Assembly: GCA_937625935.1 (NCBI GenBank)
Contig: OW569368.1
Span: 372,001 to 436,000, forward strand
Direction of reading: 5' to 3'
DNA from: Tetramitus jugosus
Taxonomy: Eukaryota; Protista; Heterolobosea
DNA: 64,000 bases
Part shown: piece by piece, positions 57,064 to 64,000 of the stretch
Layout of the letters: each line of letters begins with the position of its first letter
Numbering within the stretch: the first letter of the stretch is position 1
Made by a program: the position numbers and the translations under genes
Notes under the pieces: model-generated
The model's database searches: none
What the model was told of the DNA's origin: nothing
The model's input: only the letters and a program-made list of their open reading frames with translations

Positions 57064-58104
57064 TTACAATCTTGATGGAGTGTTAAATCGAGTTCCATTT
57101 CTCTCATTGGAGTGATTTGGCTTGGCACCACGCACAATCTCAGCTTGAATCAATCCCATTGGGTCATCCTGTGGGAAGAAGACTTCATTGTTGTTCTCAA
57201 GATTAAATCTCTTGAGGTCAAACAAGAAGCAATGCAAGTTTGGCAATGAAATAAAGATGGATTCAACACTGGATTCAGCCTCCAAAATCAATGATCCCAT
57301 CTCGTACAGTGTCAACTGAACAGAGTCAGAGTATGTTCCCTTGACTGGATCACCAGCAAACTCTTCAATCAAAATTCTCATGACAGTTGCAAAAATGCGA
57401 TCAAAATCAACAATGAAAAACTTTTGAGAAAGGTTGACTGGGAGTTGAAGAGAAGGCTTTCCATCAGCCAACCACTTCTTGGCACTGGAGATGACAGATG
57501 GGCTGTACTTCCAATTGGCAAACACATTGGTTCTCACAATTCTTTCTGTAGTCTCTGGCAATGTAGTAAACTTGCATCGATTGAATTTTGTGAAACCGGA
57601 TTGAGTCGTCTTTGCCACAATCAAGTCCTTGATACCAGTTTCCATCTCCAAATCAGCACCCTTTCTCTCCGTCTTCAATGCACAGAAACGAACATAGGGT
57701 TGCTTCTTTTGGAAGGCATGATGATGAGGTTGTCCCTTGACAGTCAATCTCTCCCAAATGGTCTCTTCAATCTTGATATCGACACCACTGACATGATCAT
57801 ATGTGGTCATAAAGTGCTTTGCTGTCAATAGTGCAAAATCTTCAATAGGTTGACACTTGTGATGCTTTGCAAGCACAAAAACAGTATTCTTGACAGTGTC
57901 TGTTGGCACAATCATGGAATTGTCACCATAGTAGTAAGAATCACCAAATTGTTCACCGAGGAGCAAGACTTGAACGTTGAGCTCAACCATCTCATGACGA
58001 TCTGGGTGCTTGTTGACCTTGACGACACGAACAAGCGATTTTCCGTATTGGTGATTGCCTAGGGAGTACTTTTGAGTGAGGTTTTGAGTTCTGTTGGTGG
58101 CCAT
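57064..58104 (-). CDS. UOX: Urate oxidase (uricase), peroxisomal
   Basis: YGK, PTDTVKNTV, H.HAF, KTTQSGF, TTLPE..ER, SVQ.TLY and LPNLH; C-terminal PTS1 SRL. Confidence 0.95.
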   Translation of the reverse strand: MATNRTQNLTQKYSLGNHQYGKSLVRVVKVNKHPDRHEMVELNVQVLLLGEQFGDSYYYGDNSMIVPTDTVKNTVFVLAKHHKCQPIEDFALLTAKHFMTTYDHVSGVDIKIEETIWERLTVKGQPHHHAFQKKQPYVRFCALKTERKGADLEMETGIKDLIVAKTTQSGFTKFNRCKFTTLPETTERIVRTNVFANWKYSPSVISSAKKWLADGKPSLQLPVNLSQKFFIVDFDRIFATVMRILIEEFAGDPVKGTYSDSVQLTLYEMGSLILEAESSVESIFISLPNLHCFLFDLKRFNLENNNEVFFPQDDPMGLIQAEIVRGAKPNHSNERNGTRFNTPSRL

Positions 58105-58350
58105 CTTGTCTCTTGTTTGCTATAGCTACGATTCTTGTTGTTTGTTGGTTTTTCCTTGTGTGATTTGAAGAAGAAGAGACAGACAACAGCAACAACACTT
58201 TTTATCAATGTTTTTTGGGGGCCATGGCAAAAATGGAGCGAGCCTTGTAAGCAAAGACTTTTGACCAGGAAAGGAAAGAGTAGGCGGACTTTTAGCTTCA
58301 TCTCCGATTGTCCGGAGAGAAATATTAGTGAGGTGGAATGGTGTCCTTTA

Positions 58351-59286
58351 TCAGTCAATGTCGTCCATGATATCGTCGTCATGATGTTGTAGCGTCAAAG
58401 ACTCACCTACTGTTTGGTTAGGCATGTCTTTGTCGGCTTCAGAACTTGTGGCACCAGACAGTGTTCGTGTGTTGGGGTACACAATGTGGTCAATGAACAT
58501 GTCTCTGACGAGTTGTCGTGCCTGATCCAGAACGACCGTTCCACCGTGCTCCTCGAGTAAATCCTCCTTCGATGGAAAATGGTACTTGTCAGTGAGTTTC
58601 GAAGCAATATGGCTCAACTTACTTGACTTGACAATGTGAACCTTCTTCAACGACGTGGGATCAATAAAGTTCTTGGCCAGAGGAAACAACAGCTTGAACA
58701 ATAGGTTCGGATATAGTACATAGACGGCACCCAGTGTCTCCGGGTAATAATCAGCCACTTTGATGACTCTCCTCAGAGCCACCATATCGGCATTCGCATC
58801 CGTTGCGCCCTCTCGATCCAAAATCATCACCAATTGATCATGAGGAGGCAATGGCAACAAGTACTGAACAGTCTTCTGAACAAAATAAATGACATACTTC
58901 CAGAATCTCTCATGCCCCGGATCTGATCTTTCATCATGCACATGATCCCTCATCTTGTATATGATGACCGGTCGTCCGAATCCATCCCTGCCATGAACAA
59001 ACAACTGCCCTGATTGAATATAGTCTGCAACGTCCTTCTTTTTGATGGTATGAGGCTTGAATTCTTGTACCCATGCCATACGTTCCCTAAACATCTGCTC
59101 TGCCTTACTCAAATCAAACGATCTGGCTCTCAGAAACCGAATGAGCGTGGCCGTGTTCTTGCAATGCACCGGAAAATCTGAGTTGAGCCTAGATTTGAGA
59201 TTCTGAAGGATCAGATCCTCGTCACCTGATAATTGCCTTTCAGCATGTTCATTGCGCTGCACATTCGGCAAGTCATAAGACTCCAT
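58351..59286 (-). CDS. CRAL-TRIO/Sec14-like lipid-binding protein
   Basis: LIRFLRAR.FD..KA..M, G.D..GRPV, YYPETLG and FIDP.S.KKV. Confidence 0.88.
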   Translation of the reverse strand: MESYDLPNVQRNEHAERQLSGDEDLILQNLKSRLNSDFPVHCKNTATLIRFLRARSFDLSKAEQMFRERMAWVQEFKPHTIKKKDVADYIQSGQLFVHGRDGFGRPVIIYKMRDHVHDERSDPGHERFWKYVIYFVQKTVQYLLPLPPHDQLVMILDREGATDANADMVALRRVIKVADYYPETLGAVYVLYPNLLFKLLFPLAKNFIDPTSLKKVHIVKSSKLSHIASKLTDKYHFPSKEDLLEEHGGTVVLDQARQLVRDMFIDHIVYPNTRTLSGATSSEADKDMPNQTVGESLTLQHHDDDIMDDID

Positions 59287-59504
59287 TCAGCTTCAGTAAG
59301 GTGGCTGTTGACTGTTTTTGTTGTTCTCGCGTGTTTGTTCGCTGCTCCAGTCTCCGATTGATTCCGATTGAACGTACGATATTCGCACCCGACATTTGTG
59401 CATCACCCGTCATCCTTTTTGTCTCGAAACAGTCCTGATAAAAAAAAAATCAACTTCTCAGCTGTACAACACCCAACAACCAACAACAACAACCAACTCA
59501 CATC

Positions 59505-60929
59505 ATGTTGTCACAACTATTCGGCACGAGCTTGAACAATAACAACTATAGCAGTAGTCCAACTACGACTACTCCCACGAATGCAGTCTCCTTTACCAAC
59601 TTTAACAATAGCTCTTCTGCCTTTGGTAACAACAATAGTAACAGCAGTAACATTTATAGAGTATCACTCACACGTGATCACCTTGTCGTGTTCAACACAA
59701 ATCTCACCCGCACCGCACTGGTGGATGACAACAATCGGAGTTTTTTTGATCCCGACTCAAAGCCCGGTCTTTACGCCGCTTTGATGAACAAATTGACGGG
59801 AGCGGTGGATCAGCAATTGTATGTGTCGAGCTTTGAAAATTTGGAGCACACGGCACTGTTAATCCTGCTCTTGTCGCGTCACAAGACCACTCTCATAAAC
59901 AACACAACATCGAATCACAACAATGAAGATGTTCATTTCTTGTGTTTGGCATCCAAGGGAAAATGGTTTACGAGCGACGGTTTAAAAATGTATGGCGCAC
60001 TCGTCGAAAAAATGCAACAAATGTTTCACTATTCGATGCCAAGCTACGGAGAAGCGGAGAATCAACGATTTTTTGCCATCTACGATGTGGAGTCCAAAAT
60101 TTCCGTTTCCAAGCACTCAAGCAAGCAAAGCTTTTCGACGAACAATACGAGCAGCAGCAGTAGTGGATATGAGAGGTTGCTTGATGAAGAGGATCGTTCA
60201 TCATCCAAACGATCCTTTGCCTCATCCCCTTCCATTACCAACTCACCTTCATTGTCTTCCTCATTCTCGTCTTCCTTGACTCCACAACAAGAAGAGGATC
60301 CTGACATGATGAACACTGGTATTGAGTTCTTGTATGTAGATTGTCCTGTGACTCTACGCAGAATTCCTCACGTCTTCCATGAGACTGTGAGACGACTGGA
60401 GACTGAGATTGATCAATTGAGAGACAATGTGAATCGAGTCATGACTTGTTTGAATGAATCAATGGAATCAACTGATTCGCGAAGAGTGCAGGAAGAATGT
60501 GAACATGGTAGTGGCAATCCTAGTCATGGCAGTAGTGTGGTGAGTGATGAACCGATTGGAACGATTAAAATGTTTTTGGGATCGAATTTACCCAATGGTT
60601 GGTTGCCATGTTATGGTCAAGTGTTGAACAGGGACGAGTTTGAACAATTGTACAGTAACGTGACATCTAGTCATTATCAGTTTAGAGTGTCGGATAAGCA
60701 GTTTCGGTTGCCTTGTCTGTGTCAACCACAGTTGCCCATTGTTGCAAGTCCTCAGACTGGTCTTCATCCAATCATGGAGAATGATCAGTTTGGAGGCATG
60801 ACTGTTCATGATAGGTACGAGCCAGTGTCATTGGACAGTATACCATATGTGACAACCAGTTCAGACAGAGGCAGCGCACAGGTGGATCACGATATGAACA
60901 GTGTGTGTTACATTATTAAGGCATTGTAA
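59505..60929 (+). CDS. Protein with a C-terminal phage tail-collar domain, a coiled coil and a possible ILEI/GG-like domain
   Basis: PIGTIKMFLG..LPNGWLPCYGQ.L....F..LY....FRLP.L plus terminal VCYIIKAL follows the tail-collar pattern; heptads VRRLETEIDQLRDNV. Confidence 0.72.
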   Translation: MLSQLFGTSLNNNNYSSSPTTTTPTNAVSFTNFNNSSSAFGNNNSNSSNIYRVSLTRDHLVVFNTNLTRTALVDDNNRSFFDPDSKPGLYAALMNKLTGAVDQQLYVSSFENLEHTALLILLLSRHKTTLINNTTSNHNNEDVHFLCLASKGKWFTSDGLKMYGALVEKMQQMFHYSMPSYGEAENQRFFAIYDVESKISVSKHSSKQSFSTNNTSSSSSGYERLLDEEDRSSSKRSFASSPSITNSPSLSSSFSSSLTPQQEEDPDMMNTGIEFLYVDCPVTLRRIPHVFHETVRRLETEIDQLRDNVNRVMTCLNESMESTDSRRVQEECEHGSGNPSHGSSVVSDEPIGTIKMFLGSNLPNGWLPCYGQVLNRDEFEQLYSNVTSSHYQFRVSDKQFRLPCLCQPQLPIVASPQTGLHPIMENDQFGGMTVHDRYEPVSLDSIPYVTTSSDRGSAQVDHDMNSVCYIIKAL

Positions 60930-61052
60930 GAATTAGTATTATATGGTTCCACGAATAACTTGGATGGAATACCAATAAAAGTGGACAAAGAGATTGATAA
61001 TAATTGGCTCATTTCGCAGCCATTTGACAAGTAAATAGAATCTTGAATGTTT

Positions 61053-64000
61053 TTATGCGAACAAGTCTTCTCTTTCGAGAATATTTTCATCATCATCATG
61101 CTGTACACCAGGTGTTGGTTCAGCTTCCATCGATGCAAAGTTGATAAAGTGGTGAGGTCGATGAATTTCGTGGTAGTACTCCTTTGGTATGCCCAACTCT
61201 ACATCATACTTCATATTTTCAGAGTGAGCATAAATCATGTTGTAGTTCCAAACATTGTCTGAAGGAATCAAGAAGAAGCCCATAAACTTTTCACTCAACA
61301 ACATTTGCGCAGGCTCGTAATAGTTGGTGCTGAATCCAGTCGTGTCCAACATCATTTCTGAATCGGATGCGTTCGTGTTGACCTTGGCCTTTCTGCCCCA
61401 TTCGTAACCTTCGGGTGTCAGCTTGAATGTATTTAATGTACAGGAACCAGGAGTGAAGTTGCAAACAACGATGACCGTTTTCTCTCCCTCCCATTCTTTG
61501 TGCTCAGACATGATTCTGGCGTGCATGGCAACATCATTGGGTGAACACACTTTCACATCGACACTTGGTTGTTGGGTGTGAATCCAGCCAAGTGGCTCCA
61601 AATCTTGGAGTAACTCGTGTTGAGGTAATCTGTGTGGAACAGTCACATTCAAATGTGTTCCTCTCTGGGGCACGAGTGCAATACAGTGAACTTCCTTGAC
61701 TGATGGTCGATCTTCAGGTGATTTTCCATACATGTAACCCATGATTTGAGTTCTCAGGTCACCAATACTGATAAACTTCTTCAAAATATTCTTTGGTATG
61801 ATATAGGTGTAACCTTGTTCTACGTCAGCCAATTGCACTTGTTGATTCACATAGATACGCTTGGTTCTCATGTGCAAGTTTGTAGCAGAGATTGCTCTCA
61901 CTCTCCAATCTGTCTTTGATGAGAATGTTTCTTGCTCATAGGCAGAATAAGTAGTAGTGACAATCGCTTCACCAGCGTTAGTCACTGTTTGAGTAGTGAC
62001 AGCTGTCAATTGAGAAGCTTCTTTGCTCTGCTTTTCAATCTCAGCAATCTGTTGTCTTTGCACAGAAGGAGGTGCAATCTCCATACCCAAGATAATATCA
62101 CGGATTTCGCTCTGGGTAAGAGACTGGACATTGACATTGTTCTTCTTACCGTAATCAGCTAGAATGAGATCCTTCATAGCAACTTCCACCTTGATCCATT
62201 CTTCATCAGACAAAGTTGGCCAAATATGATGAGGTTGAGTGATTGTGGCCTTATTTGGCTTCAGAATAATGCGAGTACGTTCATGATTCACGTGCAATGC
62301 TCTCAAAATGAGAATCAATCTACTGAAGGCTGTGTATGATGAAATACTCTTCAACCAGTCATCATACAAACTGAAGATGACCATCTTTGGTTCAGTAGCC
62401 TGCAAGATCAAATCACCAAACTTTTCCATGCGCAAGCATGATTGGAATGGCAATTGTAGTTCAGAGCCCTTGATCACAATATTAGGGAAGTCAAGCAAAT
62501 GAACTTCAAGTGGATCTAACAAACCTTTTCTAGTGACGATAATCTGTTTTGGCTGTTCCTCAGGAGGCAAAGAACGAATGAGAGCTGCCACTTCTTCAGC
62601 AGTCTTCCACTTTGCCAATTGAGTCAATCTCTTCTGGCCAGCCCACACACTCGTGTGAATGATCTTGAGATAAAGTTGACCTGTTCTTGGATTAAAGATG
62701 AAGATGGCTCCGTTAATAGGCTTTGTTGTAGTATTTCCTTCGAATGTCTTGTGGATAGTGAGACGATAAACGTTTGTATCATCCACGAACCAGATAATTT
62801 GATTGGAGAACAACTCACCATAATTTTGTGAGTTCAAGTGAGGTTCAGTCGGTTCACTGCTGTACAATTGCAAGCCCTTTCTGATACGCTCTCTGAGCAC
62901 ATACAGCGCAGGATTGGCCTTCATAATCTTTGACATTGCCTTACGAATCAATGGCTTCGAACCAGGGAACCAGTTACCAAAGGCACTGTGAATATTGTAA
63001 GCGAGATCAATACCGATCATCACACCTGATGGTGATGGATAAATACTCATATTGTCAGTGGTATAGTCCAAAAACTTTGTTCTGGTGTATCTTTCAATGT
63101 CATGAGAGTCGAAATCTCCCCATCTTAATTGAACATCAACCCAATACTTGTTGCTTGTTGCATTGCCGTCATATTGGTCGCGAGTCTGAGTGATCAATGA
63201 TGGTTTGGACACTTGCCACTTGAATGCAGCAAACAACAGGATATCAGCACATGAAGAATTCATCTTGTAAGATTTTCTTGGATGAATCGTTTCCTTTTGG
63301 ACATGGGCAATTTCAAGTGCATCCAATTGTTGATCGAACACTTGACACAAATCCATAATTACGGACTCGTGAATCTTTTGCCACAAATGCGCTCTGAAGA
63401 TCTGGATCAGAGAAATCTTCAACGTTGGAATCTTACCGTGCATGAAGATACCAGTAAGATCCAACTGAACTTGGAAACCGACATAAACATTTGCTCTATT
63501 AATCGTTGGAGACCACCACAGGGTAAATCTACGATTAGGGATCTGATTCAAACCAGATCTCTGAGCATTAGTCAACTTCTTGAACTTCATACTCTCTTCA
63601 AAACCTGATGCCTTCTCCCAGAAGAGACCCTCCCAAGTGGGGAAGTATGTACCCTTGAACAAGGTGTGCTCAAGAATACCTTCGACACCTCCTAGTGCCT
63701 GAATCATATCAGTACGATAATTGTTCAAATTCCACAGCTTACCATCATGTCTCTGATGTGTCCACCAGAATGGATTCTGTTTCAAGACCTGATAATTCTT
63801 AAACTCGGTTCTGACTCTCCAACCTTTATCATAGGCTAGCGTGTGTCTATCCTTTTGGAACAGAGTATTAATTCTAGGAATACCTCTGTCCCAGGAGTCA
63901 TCGAGGTCATCAAGTGTCAGCTTTCTGTTTTGAGCTTGAGCATCATTTCGTTTGAGAGCATATTCAGCCCAAACACGTTGAGAATCAATGAACTCACTCT
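61053..64000 (-). CDS. PRP8: Pre-mRNA-processing factor 8, C-terminal part (continues beyond the window)
   Basis: Open frame to 64000 ([26 protein letters not shown]); [14 protein letters not shown]; RNase H-like FVDDTNVYR; Jab1/MPN LGWIHTQ; C-terminal REDLFA. Confidence 0.98.
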   Translation of the reverse strand, partial: SEFIDSQRVWAEYALKRNDAQAQNRKLTLDDLDDSWDRGIPRINTLFQKDRHTLAYDKGWRVRTEFKNYQVLKQNPFWWTHQRHDGKLWNLNNYRTDMIQALGGVEGILEHTLFKGTYFPTWEGLFWEKASGFEESMKFKKLTNAQRSGLNQIPNRRFTLWWSPTINRANVYVGFQVQLDLTGIFMHGKIPTLKISLIQIFRAHLWQKIHESVIMDLCQVFDQQLDALEIAHVQKETIHPRKSYKMNSSCADILLFAAFKWQVSKPSLITQTRDQYDGNATSNKYWVDVQLRWGDFDSHDIERYTRTKFLDYTTDNMSIYPSPSGVMIGIDLAYNIHSAFGNWFPGSKPLIRKAMSKIMKANPALYVLRERIRKGLQLYSSEPTEPHLNSQNYGELFSNQIIWFVDDTNVYRLTIHKTFEGNTTTKPINGAIFIFNPRTGQLYLKIIHTSVWAGQKRLTQLAKWKTAEEVAALIRSLPPEEQPKQIIVTRKGLLDPLEVHLLDFPNIVIKGSELQLPFQSCLRMEKFGDLILQATEPKMVIFSLYDDWLKSISSYTAFSRLILILRALHVNHERTRIILKPNKATITQPHHIWPTLSDEEWIKVEVAMKDLILADYGKKNNVNVQSLTQSEIRDIILGMEIAPPSVQRQQIAEIEKQSKEASQLTAVTTQTVTNAGEAIVTTTYSAYEQETFSSKTDWRVRAISATNLHMRTKRIYVNQQVQLADVEQGYTYIIPKNILKKFISIGDLRTQIMGYMYGKSPEDRPSVKEVHCIALVPQRGTHLNVTVPHRLPQHELLQDLEPLGWIHTQQPSVDVKVCSPNDVAMHARIMSEHKEWEGEKTVIVVCNFTPGSCTLNTFKLTPEGYEWGRKAKVNTNASDSEMMLDTTGFSTNYYEPAQMLLSEKFMGFFLIPSDNVWNYNMIYAHSENMKYDVELGIPKEYYHEIHRPHHFINFASMEAEPTPGVQHDDDENILEREDLFA

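Noticed and set aside
63560-63640. PRP8 intein at the known fungal insertion site
   Set aside because: The sequence reads [14 protein letters not shown] without interruption; no intein is present in the visible part of PRP8.
1-64000. CRISPR arrays, rRNA, prokaryotic operons, and the many short antisense ORFs in the track
   Set aside because: No repeat-spacer arrays or rRNA motifs were seen, spliceosomal introns and PRP8 show the DNA is eukaryotic, and the short antisense ORFs shadow real genes.

Overview
Gene-dense eukaryotic nuclear DNA, roughly 40% GC by eye. Intergenic spacers are short and the few introns are 64-170 nt GT-AG introns with GTATG/GTAAG/GTTAG donors. The gene content suggests a free-living protist, heterolobosean-like (inference only). 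About 29 protein genes are supported. Housekeeping and metabolic genes include a GT14 glycosyltransferase, an ISS1/VAS1-like aminotransferase, Rab11, THOC7, an amino-acid permease, BCD1, a PDP-like PP2C, NSDHL, an MFS transporter, a YhhN protein, Mpv17/PMP22, uricase, a Sec14 protein and the 3' half of PRP8. Cytoskeletal and signalling genes include GCP6, CCDC13, a divergent Rab, a TPR protein, two hybrid histidine kinases, a PARP6/8-like enzyme, an RPA32-like protein and a RAMA-BTB protein. There is also a phage tail-collar-domain protein. Regular gene packing is broken by a decayed island at about 45.8-53.6 kb around tRNA-Thr(AGT) and tRNA-Lys(CTT). The strongest candidate for an undescribed system is in this island. 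The same element starts 45-56 bp upstream of each tRNA gene and points away from it. It encodes a two-RRM plus coiled-coil protein resembling a retrotransposon ORF1, so it may be a tRNA-gene-targeted element analogous to Dictyostelium TRE5. Next to it lies a frameshifted RAG1/Transib/Chapaev-like transposase. All family calls come from motif recognition by eye; no database searches were run.
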